A stretch of DNA of 64,000 bases from Glycera tridactyla (Eukaryota). Position numbers and translations under genes: made by a program. The stretch is taken from assembly GCA_965644265.1 (NCBI GenBank), contig OZ286460.1, forward strand, positions 52,886,001 through 52,950,000. The letters run 5' to 3'. Below are positions 39,993-53,364 of this stretch, one piece after another. Within the stretch, counting starts at the first letter, position 1. Each line of letters starts with the position of its first letter. Below the pieces are notes generated by a model. It searched no databases. It was not told the origin of the DNA and was given only the letters and a program-made list of their open reading frames with translations.

Positions 39993-42900
39993 CTGAAAAC
40001 ACACAGAATGAAAACCATTACATTTATGATGACAAAAAGAAAATATGCCCACTGGCCAGACACTGACAGCGGATTTAAATAGATGTACAGAAAGCGAATT
40101 CTCTGGGTGGAAATTCGCAAAGCAAGCAGAGTTGTTCTGAGTAAGGAGCTCTACTGCAAAGTATTCAGAAAATTATAAGGATGATTGAATGAATATTTAT
40201 AATTCAGCAGAATTACTATCATGGTTGGGATGTTTATGTCCCGCACATCAGGGAAATCAGAGTGGGTAAATCTTTAATTCTGATCCACATGTCAAAGTAC
40301 TATCCACAGTAAATAAATGCTGAAGTTACAATTTCGATCATTCTTTGTTCATTGGGAAATGTAATCTCGATGTGAATGTAGTAAATGTTTCCTTAGTTTG
40401 CACAGAACATTCAAACGACCCTGCCCAGCCCTTTCAATCAAATTGTGACCACCAGTTGATGTCTTCAAACCCCAAGAATTTGAAGAATGCAACATACAGT
40501 GAGGGTAGTATGATTTTGTAGTACTCTGCTAGCTGAAACACAACACGGGCTGCATTTATGAGCTAGAACAGACTGCTACTGTTTCATGTTTCTCCACGAT
40601 AATCTCATTATGAAAGTGAATTTATAAATAACTAAATTAGTTAATGTAACTGCTGAGATTAACAATATAATGCTGGCAGGGTGTTTTCGGATGACGTCGG
40701 GAGCTGCCGTCAGCCGTCTTCACTTTGTGTCCTTGTTTTCTAAAGTGGCACATTTCTGCCTCAATGTCATTTTCCTATCACAACATGGAGTCCCCGCCTC
40801 TTTAATGAAATCGACTAGGAATGTAATGGGATACTATAATAGCCTCGGGTAGTCACAAAAGGATGGCCTCCTAACTGCGACTGTGGCCAATTGGTGCAGG
40901 TTCGCTCACACCAAATGCCATTATGCATGCGCAGGAGGCAACACAGATTCCGGAAAATATCATGCCAGGACAACTGCCGCGGAGGCAATGACTTCACCAC
41001 ACAACCCAAAATATAAGGTCACATGATCACATTTCACCCAATCAATACCACTTATCATAATTCTGAATGTCTGCGAGGCAGTAAGAAGTCAGCAGCAAAT
41101 CTTATTCTTTTCACAAAAGGTGTCAAAGAGCCAACCCCCCACCCTGCTTCGCCACCGATGAGAATACGTGACCAAAATCCCTATGAGATGCCTCTTCGCA
41201 GATGATGGCCAACAATGAAGTGCTTCTGAATTCACACCACCACGAGTACATGAATCATAAAAATTCGTCAATACTCCTCCTGCTTTTCGGGGACTGATTA
41301 GACTCACAGCTGAAATACAAACAGTCTAATGGGACAACAAACAAAGTGCTTCACAAGTGGCACAATGAATGACATGTTAGAAGTGTTATCTCCAACAGCT
41401 CAGGACGTATGAGCTTCAAATCAATGATTCGAAGGTTACATCCTCAACCGTTAATCTCACGTTAATCTCATGACTACTGCCAAGTAGACCAAAGTCTGGA
41501 GCATGCAAAAGACGATAGCATTCTGCTAAAATGTCCAATACCTTCCATAGGCCTAGTACTTCAAGAAGGCTAGCTTAAGAATGGTGAAGGTTACCATGTA
41601 TGAACCAATCATGGTCATGAATACCTAAAATATAGTGTGAACATTAGAATGTTAGTTTATCCACTAAGCAGTGGAAGGAACAATTTCTCTTTCCAACGTC
41701 AGTAGAAGTTTAAAAGTCAGATGTGAGCAAATTGATGCAGGAAATGAATTTTGCTTCATAGATATAGGCGATATAGTTACAGTATCTTTTACATAGGCAA
41801 GCAAAATCATGAGAATAATAGGAATAATGACTCAGAATGTGCAAGATATGTTGAGAGAAAACACATCCCAACATGTGCCACTCTTGTATTGTATCATTCT
41901 CATCATTATGGCACTGTCCCCAGAAGAATGCATACCATCCAACGGGTGCGGTATGCTTTATGTAGGTTGGCTCACGAGACAAGAGGGAGATGTACTCACT
42001 GACAAGTGTGAATATTTACTAAGTGTCAATTGTGGCAGTCTCACAACAAGTCATCCACAAGGAGAATCTAGCGAGCCAGCTGGCCTACAAGACTGAAGAC
42101 TGATGCTTCAGAGCTTTCCACATGTCATACTCTTTTAGAGGTCATACGCTTTCACTAGCCCTTACCAACCTCTCCGCAGAGCCTTCCTGCGCAACAACAA
42201 TCCCATTGAAGGGAATACATATCCCAAACTGAAGAGAAATTCCTGTTTCCTACAGATTCTTCTTCTATCCAATTTTGCAATCTGCATCCTCCGTAGCAAG
42301 TAAAATGAAAGAATGCTGATTCAACGCCATAGTTGAAGTTGACAATCAAACAAATAGTGGCATGTGGCAATCTATGACTTGAGTCCACTGAAAATACCAC
42401 TCATATTCTCGAAAATATCTGGCTGGATTCCTGCAACTAGCATAAATTTTTTACCATTCTGACCAATTCTGGAAATTTGTTGAAAATTAAAATCATTGAA
42501 AAACAAAGGATCACATTGTGTGATGACAGACTTTGAGATGAAAGTGTGTACCAGGCTCTGATGTTTACATGTTTATAGGAAGAGGGCAGAAGGGTGATAA
42601 CTGATAAGGCAGGCACTTAGACAATACTTTACCCACTGGTAACCGTGGTGATGGGATCAGCTTGTGCCTCAAGTACCCCACCAAATGTCTAGGGTAAGGA
42701 AGAAAGGCTAGTGTCGAACACCCAGCAGCACTCGGTGACACCCTATACCCTTGAGTAACAGAGTAGCTATGTGACCTCTGCTAGCCAGGAAGTGTGAGGC
42801 CAAATATGGCCAACAGATGCCATGATTTTTTTCAACATTTGAAGACATAACTGTGTTTATGCAGCAAATGTGAACATGTGCATTGCCCATCTATATAAGC

Positions 42901-45900
42901 ACTTTATTCTGGGCTACACAAATCTTGGACACTGCATGAATTTCATGATGTCACCCCACCATGAAAACGATAACACATAGAGCATCTCAGGAATTTCCTT
43001 ATGAAACCTGGGGTAACAGAACTGAGGGGCTGGATCAGCAAGAGGGAACATGAATTTGCACTGTAGGGCAAAGATGGTATTTCTATCAATGCAAAGAAAG
43101 AAACAATGGGACACCTCACGATACTCTTCCCGCATGTTATAACAGATCAAGCACCCAATAGCGCAATTCTGCAGATGTGAGAGGGTGGGTTTTAAAGAAT
43201 GAATGTGGTATTTCTTCTCTATAGGATACATGCTCTGCCTGAGATGTGATTCACCGCATGTGACAAGGTGAATGGAGGGCTGCGACATCCTAGACAAGTT
43301 ATAAAGGCCAGCTGCATTCCATAATCTGAGCAGAGATCGAGCCAAGTTTTGGGGACACTGGATCCTTCCAGCATCATCACAGTGGACCACTAAGTGTTTG
43401 TTTCTCCCTGTCACCAAGTGTGGCATCTATGGATACAAACTGTATTCTCCGTCAAAGTTGGATGACCCATTGGATTTTTCCGTGTTCTTTCCATATTATT
43501 AAGCTACCAAACTACCCCAAATTCACCCTTCTGCTCATCCTCCCAGGATCCCCCATCCTGCTCCACATCAGCATCAGATCCCCAGCTTTCCTTCAGTTGT
43601 TAAGGGCCCTAACATCCTGGGCAGCTGCAGACAGGGGCTCCCACATCACCATCCATCCATCCTAGCCCACATCATAACAGAACATATAGACGCACACAAA
43701 TATGAAAACAAACTCTATATTTTGAAGTGTGAACAGCTGTTGTAACAGCAGATTATAAACAATCTGTGGGGTTGTGTAGCTAACATGGTATATCCTTCCA
43801 CCAGTCTCTGCCTCCGCCTTCCCAACTGCTACCACCCCCACCACAAAAACTGCTCCAGAACTACCAGCGGATGATATAAACAGTTATCAAGAACCATCTG
43901 GTGGGAATGGATGGAGTCTCAGCTGGTAATGAATTTCACAAAATTTTTCNNNNNNNNNNNNNNNNNNNNNNNNNNNNNNNNNNNNNNNNNNNNNNNNNNN
44001 NNNNNNNNNNNNNNNNNNNNNNNNNNNNNNNNNNNNNNNNNNNNNNNNNNNNNNNNNNNNNNNNNNNNNNNNNNNNNNNNNNNNNNNNNNNNNNNNNNNN
44101 NNNNNNNNNNNNNNNNNNNNNNNNNNNNNNNNNNNNNNNNNNNNNNNNGATGGATGGCCGGAAAGACAGATGCACACACCCATACCCACACTCACACACC
44201 AGGTTTTGGTGTGGAATAAAACATGTGCATCAAAACATTATAAGCCACAAAGTTTGAAAACATATGCGTGGCAGGCAATCTGTGTTAAAGAGGCATGATT
44301 CACTGGTAAAATAACTGAGCACATTGTTTTGCACTATAGCATCAGCTACAAACCAGAATCTGCCATTTCAGTTATCATATTTGCAGCGATTAACTTAATT
44401 AAGTAGAGGGGATAAATCAAATTAGTCGGGTATGAAATACGACTTGCGAGGCGGCAGAAAACTGTGCGTATTTGAGTAAGGCATCATCTGTGGAGTCATT
44501 AATGAGAAGGCGCCCTGGCAGAGATGGCGCTACAACCCATCTTTTGGGAAACCGGTAAACTGTCGTCCACAGATGATGAATCTTTCTGCGAATAATATCT
44601 CACCATGAATACCTACATCAATTAAATCTATCATTTCCTTTACAAAAGGATGAAAGCAGTGCATTCAGGTCATCTAATCAAGTCAAAGACATATGAATGA
44701 CCTGATAGCTTCACAAGAATACCACATTCTGACATGAAATTGGTATGCATTCTACTGCTAAACAATGAAAAATCGCAATATGATATTTTGAACGTGAGAA
44801 CCAAATGCTGTTGTTATGAAATTTAGCACATACGGAAAAGTATATGATTTGAGGCATTATTCTACCAAATTCTTCCACAAAATGTGTCCGGAGTCTGACG
44901 AGAAGCTGCAAAATCTGACAAGTTAAATTGTATGTCAGCATCAAAGAGTTAATGTCAGCGTAATGATGCTACACATGGAAATATGAAATCAGAGAAGAAC
45001 GCCACACATTGCTAGTCTCATGGGGTAGCTGCCAGCAAGCCAGCAAATGTGCGCGTAGGATGCGCCAACTGATGGCTTCGTCGTAGTCCTCATCGCTTCG
45101 GGGACATGCCAAATGTGGCAAGTGCTTTGAGGACATGCCAAATAGAATGCTTGCTTCGAGGATCTCTCCGAGAATTATTACTCATTAACCACAGAAGAAA
45201 AATGACCTACATCTTAGCATCTTGGAGTTGCCAGTAATGACAAAAATCTGTCACCATCTTGGAATGTTTTGACTTGAAGACCCTCTTAAAAATAACACAG
45301 ATTGATTACAATGAAACATTACTCCAATCTCATCCAATGATTTTCTTGATTCTGAAATTCTCATGAAATTCGGTATTTCTATACACTGCACTGTCCAAAT
45401 TGTATCAAGGCCATACAACTTGTTCAAAAGGCTTACAAAGGCCCAATCAATTTGTCCCCAAATCTGGCCAGTTACCACCAGATAAGTACAACCGTCTGCC
45501 AAGTGGTGGAACACTCAAGTCCTTTCTGAAAAAAGTGGTTGGTAACTCTCAGATCTTGACTTCTAAAAGAAAGGTAATCTCCCACTAAAGGAGCAAAAAG
45601 GATTGGACAAAAAAACGCAACTGATTAGATAGTGGGTGGAGATGATGGTCAGCTTCGCGAGACAAACCACTCGACCTACACCATGTTTCTCGCAGAAACT
45701 TCGAGCTGCCATGCCGGTGCTTTAGTTACCACTAATACTTGTTCTAGCTACTTGACAGGCTCGGAAACCTGGTTCTTGAAACAAGATTACAGCTACTATC
45801 GATATGTCAAGTATTTGACGAAGATGTCGCAATCTGATAATGGACATGCTGTTGAGAATCCAATGAAATCCTTCTTGACTGATAAGTCTATCATTTTATT

Positions 45901-48900
45901 ACAGCAGGCCTGAAATCACAACTGATAGACATATACTCAACCCAGCTATCTTTAGATAACCTCACATTTTCCATGGATATTTTCTATCTCAAACACTACT
46001 GGGGATCTCTTCCATGACTTTCTAAAAAGTCCAGAAGTCCAGATGAAGTTGAGCATGGCAGATGGTCAAATATCTGGAGCTTCAGGGCATTGGGATTAAA
46101 TTTGAGAAATAAAAGCAGTATGGAATTCATGAAAAGAATTTATATCAATGCAAACATGAAAGCATGGCCCCTTTAGATATAGTCAGTCCAATGATTGCCT
46201 CTGAAATTATTGGCCCTGTAAAGATGTCTGGCGTGTGTGAATTACAAGGGACATTCCTCACAAAGTCAGCCAAAGGAGGCTACCGAAGTGGTGAAAATAT
46301 TCCATAATCCTTCAGCAGACCTTGGGCTTATATATCAAGTCTACTTTGATAGGAGTGACCAAGCCAGCATCTTTATTCACCTAAAAGACAACACCATAAT
46401 AACACATAGCTTTTCCAATATTGTCAAATTCTGGGCAATTTGATGGTGTCAACAATAAGATCAACGCACTATGAAATTCTAGAATCATGTTCATGTTAAT
46501 CATTTTAAAATGCATATTTCTGGGAAGTTATTTCTCTACTATCAAATTTCTTGTAATCATTACTGGGATGCAACTTGCATAGAGAATACCTTCTTAAATA
46601 CAATGATCATTCTAATTCTGAATATCAATAGTTGTGTGTCTCCGAGAATGTGTCTGTTCTAAAAGCTGATGAGTGTGACATATCATCACTGTTGCTGACT
46701 GCCACAGAGAGGGACAGTACAACAAAGACCACCTAAATTGTGCTTCCTTACCCACAAGCCAACATGGAATTTTTCACTGGGTGAATTGGAGACATTAAGT
46801 TATGAATGTTGCAGACGAGCATAATGGTGTTCATTGCTATGCTGCTATGGTGCATGTAGCTCGCAGCTGACACGTCGCAATCAGTCCCCGGGGCATAATA
46901 CATACGGAAACACAGCATATTTACCACCAAATATCCCACACCCATCAACTCCTGCATTCGAGTCAGGCCCCAAAAGCATGCACCTTGCGCTGTCTTGCTG
47001 CGTGTAGCAGGAACCAAATTTCACATTAGTGCCATGCTACCCGATTCCCCTAGATTATATAGCGCCAATTATTCTTGCAGTAAGTCTGAATTGGGAGAGC
47101 TCGGACACGAAAATAGGTTGCGATTTCTTGCAAAGCGCAGCACCCCATCAATGGCTTTCTCTCTTCGGCAGCATGTCAACGTGACAACTCCTTAGCGCTG
47201 AATATGCATAATTAGCAGGCACTCAATATGATAGTGAGTGAGTGAGCCACTCAGTCTTCCCCCAGAAACCCCACAACCTCAATCGCAATACATCCATGAA
47301 TTCACCTCTCAAAATACACCCACAACTAGGGCAAAATGTCCCACTATCTCGCCATCATATGACATGTTATATAAGCATGATTATGATTAATCCAACACCA
47401 TGTCAGTATCTTGCCGCCTAATACAAAGTATCTATTTGGTTATGTTACTTATTATTCATCTCCCATCATCAGTAAAGTAGGAGTGATACCAATAATGTAA
47501 AACATACTTAAATGTGCTGTCCTTCCTCTCAATAATGATAGATCAATGATATAGGTTTGTTGAGATGACGCATCTGCGGAGGGTGGGGGGATTTTAGAAA
47601 TAGAGATAATTAGCTGTGTATTGGTAATTCAGAGCATCCAGCAGTGTGGAATCAGCTCAACTGGCCAATATACCATCTGTGTGGATAAGTGCGAAACCCA
47701 GGAAAGCCGTGAGGGACCTACCCAATATAGAATGATCAATGAGAGATGAAACCCAGAAGGTGTTTAAGAGAGATAGCAATATCTGCTCATGGTGAACCAT
47801 TCTAAATACTGATAGAGAAATCGGTCATCATAAAAATGTTATGCAGACCATATAAAATGTGTTGCATACGAATTTTAACATGGAAATCACCAAATCTGAA
47901 TGAATGGCCAGAAAAGAATACTTTTTACTCCAATATCAGCTGAACTTCCTCATATTTTCATCCATATTTTTGGGTTAAGCGTAACCCAGATTTGGAACTT
48001 ATGTGTAAGAACTCACACCTATGATGAAAAAGCGATCAAATCCTCGCCTGAAACAGTTTCTATGCATTATAAATGTCTGACTGTGAGCATCATTCCATGA
48101 TAATATTTCACACATTTTGCTACTTGCAGTCTAATATATTATGCATTGTGTCTTCTGAGCTCTGGTAGAAATCTCCCTGTCCTTTGGCAACTTCCTGATA
48201 GGAGCCCCTCTCCCCTTCATTGGCCACCAGAAATACATGGATGAGCAACGCTTGTATATTACGGGCAAGAAATAGAGAAATCTTTGGACGTGAATTCATC
48301 AAATACCACAAACATTTAGACATTTTCCAAAATTCCAAGTGAATCTGATCGTATCCAGATTGTAATCATTGCTACCAAATCTTTTTTTTTTTCATCTTTG
48401 TGAGTTGGATCTCATCGTGAGCTAATGATAGTTTACAAGCATGATTCCTTCAAAAAGCTAAGGCATTTTTGTGATACATTCTGACATAAAATGGATCCTA
48501 GATCGGAAGAAGCATTTGAGAACTAGGTCATCGAAACTAGATATAAATCTTAATAGAAAGTACTTGCAAACTTCCGATATGCTGGATATGAAACAGGCCA
48601 AAACTTTAGCCTGTAAAACAAAGGTTACTGATTGCATCAACAAAAATTCCTAACCTAGTGCTCTCAGCTGATTAGGAGCAGAACAATTTGTATAGGGAGC
48701 AAATCACAATAAAGTGGCCATCTCCCATGAATGAAATATTCAAGAAGGACAGCTCTAACTTGAAGCCAAACCTGTCAGGTTCACTTAGCGCCAACAAGTC
48801 GGAACATCTCCCTAGAGATGCCCAGCCTGGGTGGGCTAGCATTCCTGAAATTAAGTGCCCATAATGAGGGAACCTCGATCATTGCACTTTCAACACGGCA

Positions 48901-50614
48901 GATGGTATTAAACTTCTGGGGAATCTAACAAGAGTGAAAAACCAATTCATCGTTCATCAGGTCATGTCTGAACAGTGATGAGCTGAAGATGTGGATGTGC
49001 AAGTCAGAAAATTTGAATCTTGCAAACTTGAATTCACAGGAAAAACTGCTATCATGCTTCCGAATTTTTACCTCAAAATATTTTGGATATTCACGATGCA
49101 TGTATTTAGACCTAGATTTTCTTTAAAATGATGCAACAGGATTTTCGATATGCCAATATTCAGCTAAAGATGGAAAATCAAGAGTGTTTATGAGGAGCGT
49201 GTCAAAGAGAAGCAGAATATGTATGAAATATCAAGTGTTAAAGAAAAGTCTACCGCATCACCACACTAACACCATTTAGAACTTCATGTAGAAGTCACAG
49301 TTAGAACCACTACGAGAAACAATGTGCAAAACTGACCTTTAAAATGTCGCCAATTTTTCCTGCGAATGAGCCCATATGATTCCCCTCTTTAAAATCCGGG
49401 CTATTAAGACCCTGAAAGATGGCAGGTGAAATTAAGTTCCAGGGTTTCAACCCAGATGGCAAAATAATGATAAGAAGCAATGAAATGACAACAAAATAAA
49501 GAACAAGGAGAACTGCAATGTCTTCGAGGAGAACTGAAATAAAAACATAGGTTTAAAAATCACAGAAACCTGCAGAATAAAGTACCTGCCACCTGATCCC
49601 TAGCATCTTGGGGAAACTGCCAAAAATAGGCCAGTGGTTATTTGTGAACTTATCCAGGAATTGGAAAAATCACTGCTTATCCTGCCGAAATTCGCATTCT
49701 GGGCCTGAAAGGTTAAAATAACCTTTCAGTAGTGAGAAATGTGAGTCTTGGGAAACCTGATCTCATAATTGTCCATAAATATATTAGCAATGAAAGTACT
49801 GTTAGAAAGCATGAGTGTGCGTATGTGGGGGGGGTCACAGGAGATGCTTTTTAGGGGACGCCCAATCCATGTATTCATCGAGCTCCTATTTCTCGCAGAT
49901 AGCATCTCCACCAAATTAACAGTACCTTCAGCAGGAACTAACCACATCATGTGTGTGTGTGTGGGGGGGGGGGGGTGTATGCGTGTGTATGCATATGTGG
50001 CTGGGTATGCATGTGTGTCTCTTGCATATGCATATGTATGCCTGAGTCTGCATAATAAGTTCTGAGCCCCTATCTTGGTTGGTGTTCAAGTTGTCTGTAG
50101 ATTATTTTGAGTAATGCCACTGCTTGGATGCTGAGTTCATAGGCACCTTGTTGCCAGACTACCAAAATGCCCATAGATGTCAAGTGAAATTTTTGTATGC
50201 ATGCAGCACACAGAGCATTGACATATCCGGTGATTTATTTTCAATTATCACTCTTCGAGGCAAGTGCGACATGCTCTAGACTGCAGTATCAATATCAGAT
50301 ACTTGTCTTCTCTTTTGATCTCAGCGAATGCCGCCCACATGGACAGTGATGGATATCACGAGGCTCAGATTTCTCGCTTTGCATACAAAATCCAGCAAAT
50401 AAATGGGGTGAAAAATCAGGAAAAACAAGAAATTTCTTCAAAAAGAAGAATGGTCGTCGGCTTACAGCAGAGAGGTGGTNNNNNNNNNNNNNNNNNNNNN
50501 NNNNNNNNNNNNNNNNNNNNNNNNNNNNNNNNNNNNNNNNNNNNNNNNNNNNNNNNNNNNNNNNNNNNNNNNNNNNNNNNNNNNNNNNNNNNNNNNNNNN
50601 NNNNNNNNNNNNNN

Positions 50615-50715
50615 ATCGCAGTTTGAAATTCCCGCCGAGAATGGCAGATCATGTGAGGTGTCAATCAAGCGGTTTAGACACACCCACTTGGAGGCTGACA
50701 TCTTCACAGTCGCGT

Positions 50716-50785
<70 letters not shown>

Positions 50786-51270
50786 CAGGTATAAATTGCG
50801 TGAATCCGTCGTATTCTCGCAAGAAACAGTGAACTATTGATCGCTACCGATACTTTCGGAGATGACCCGATGCGTACGGTTCGGCAATCTTCGGCCACAC
50901 ATATGACGTCACGAAGGGGTTTCCCCGCTAACGGCGCTCTGTTTATCCGCTGTGAGTCGCTTTCGATGATATATTTTTCGTTTCAAACGTTCTCACACAG
51001 TCATCAATCTACCATATCCGAATTTAGCAATGTTTCACGCGAAATCTATTGTTTCTCACACATTTCACACATTTTTCAAGCAGTTTCAGTCTAATTCTGA
51101 TGATTCTATACCAACCGTTTACAAATGGTCGTTTGCACATTGTGTGCGTTGAACGATGTCAAATTGCATCGAATTGCTCCACAATATGGACGATAGTAAT
51201 GTCTAGATTAGGTGGGAATCCCAAAGTGAAAATAGTACCGTCTCCGACGGAAAAAGCAGAGATTTCCGTT
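50615..51270. promoter_or_regulatory. Intragenic CpG-rich promoter/enhancer-like island with (GA)n tract, CRE and TATA-like box
   Basis: About 20 CpGs counted in ~175 bp (50800-50975) against a CpG-poor background; TGACGTCA at 50904-50911; TATAAAT at 50790-50796 (+); (GA)n at 50716-50782. Confidence 0.55.
50716..50782 (+). repeat. (GA)n microsatellite
   Basis: About 33 GA units with one interruption. Confidence 0.95.
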
Positions 51271-52967
51271 ACTAAACATCTCCCCTTCTATATGATCAAG
51301 TGAAAAAATGGTGCTGTGATGAACCTCGGTCAAATTTGGGGATGTTCTTCACAAATCTTCGGTAATCTTCACAGTCATCCTAATTTTCAATCCCTTTCTC
51401 TTTTTTCTTCCCCCCCCCCCCGTCTCGTTCTCTCTCTATCTATCTCCCTCTCCTTCTCCATCTATCCATCTATCCATTTCTCTCTATCTACCGATCTTTC
51501 TCTTCTCTACATTTGAGCATCTCAGCTCCCTCTGTGTACTAAAATCTCAGTAACAATATTCAATTCAACATGCAAACCGCATATCTCCACCACCAACCAC
51601 CCGCTTCTATTTGCTCAGAATGGTGATAGTCCAAATGTCAACATGACACCACATCCATTTCTATTTGCCAACGGATGAAGAGCTAACATAGCTGTATCCC
51701 ACCTCCATGATGGCAGCCTGGAATATTTCATGTTTGAATCTTACTTAATGCCATGGAAACAGATCAAAATATGAAATTACCATCACAATTTCTACTCAAA
51801 CCATCATCATTGGTGTTCGTTTCAAGTACTCCAGTCATAAGTCTGTATTCTCCAACTTGCTTCAATATCTGGTACTGTTTCGAACTATAAGAAGACATGT
51901 GAACTTGGTGAATATCTCGCTCACCATGTGTGAAAACCTCAATGTTACAACTGATGTTTTGATATCAAATCTGTATGCCCACAGCTCAATGGTCGGCTTT
52001 TCCTGGCTCTTTAACTACATAATGAATGCAGATTCAAGAGCATACAACCTTAGATGGGATGTTAGGATCCCAACCCCATATCAAAGCAAGTCAAACAAGA
52101 TCTGCGGCCCACCACCTCTCACTCCACCATGGTGTCTTAGTCAGCTCCATCACAATATTGTCTATTTCATCCACAAAATATCCTCCGCAAACTTGTTACT
52201 TCACACCATATTACTAAAATGCAACTTTCTCTGGCCAGCCTCGAATTCAGTGAACACTCATCATGTCTACTTGAATCAGCGAGTCGAAACTAGGGCCCCT
52301 CTGAACTGGACTGTTTCAGATGAGATTGCAAAGTTACATGAGGGAAATATAATACAATCCTGTCAGCTAGGATGGTGGGATAAAGTGAAGGAGATCGGTT
52401 TAGTATAACAAAAGCATCATTATTTGACAGATGAATAGGTATTAGTCAAGTGTTTGTATACACAAAAGATCTAACATTTGAGCGATCTGCCGGGAAGGCC
52501 AAAACATCCATCAGAATGTGTGCATTCATTTGCCACGATTATGCATGTATCCAGTCCTCTGTTCAAGACCCAAACCAACACAGTACTTTCATGTCAATGG
52601 CCAACACTTATTTGGGGACAATTTACACTGACACTGTTTTGACAGCGTGCCAAAACGGCCCAATCAACCGCCGATTGGCTCTGATTCCATCGCGAAACAT
52701 CCATGTCGCTTTAATGTCCCATTTCCGGCTATTGTACTCCAGGGTGGCCTGGAAAAAATGACTACTGGGACCTTTGTGATCAGCCGCTGATCGTTGTCGG
52801 CTGGCACACAGGACAAAACAAGCATATCATTGGCTTCATTTCTGGCAGGTGGGATGATATGGCCCAATTAGTACGTGTGAAATCAAGCAATTGGGTCAGA
52901 AACTGCTCCAACAAAGATAATTCTCTCATCAAGTTGATGGAGATTGGACAAAAATGCTGCATAAGAA

Positions 52968-52990
52968 CCCCCCCCCCCCCCCCCCCCCCC
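52968..52990 (+). repeat. Poly-C run (23 nt); shorter C/G runs near 3496, 14724, 18620, 18793, 21525, 26565, 49963, 51410
   Basis: Seen directly in the sequence. Confidence 0.9.
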
Positions 52991-53188
52991 AAGGTATTTC
53001 CTGGTGCTCCACTTATTACGCTACTCCAAGTACCATCCCTTTTCTCTGGGATACCTCCTGTTCCACCCAGATTAAAGGAAGGAATAGATATAAATACAAT
53101 CTTAAGTTACTCTAGATTGAAAGATAAATCCTTCAAGGGCACAGACAAAGATAAGCCATCCAATCTCAAGACTATGAATTTGAATATA

Positions 53189-53364
53189 CAGTGAAACCTG
53201 CGACGAGAGACCGCCCTAAATGCCACCAAAAAGGGGTATCTCAAAAGAGGTGGTCTCTCCTTGGGGGTATATTTGACTCTGTCAAAAAGAAAAGCTGCCC
53301 TGGAAAAGTGGTCTCCCGTCGGAGGTGGTCTCTCGTCGGGGGTCTCTCATCACATGTTTCACTG
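53189..53364. mobile_element. Tc1/mariner(pogo)-type MITE
   Basis: TA duplication on both sides; terminal inverted repeats CAGTGAAACCTG / CATGTTTCACTG (11/12 match); internal GAGACCGCC / GGTGGTCTC sub-repeats; 176 bp. Confidence 0.85.

Noticed and set aside
42620-42800. Possible SINE body (ggtaaccgtggtgatgggatcagcttgtgcctc...); tRNA-like stretch near 32990-33060
   Set aside because: No clear A/B boxes, tail or target-site duplication, and no second copy in the window. Needs a Dfam search.
45102-45143. Two GGACATGCCA p53-like half-sites
   Set aside because: Each is 9/10 and they are about 19 bp apart; more simply a local ggacatgccaaat duplication.
50303-50340. Minus-strand ATG exon MWAAFAEIKRED + AA|gtatct
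   Set aside because: Phase 2 donor is incompatible with the phase 0 Meis exon; weak donor; no homology recognised.
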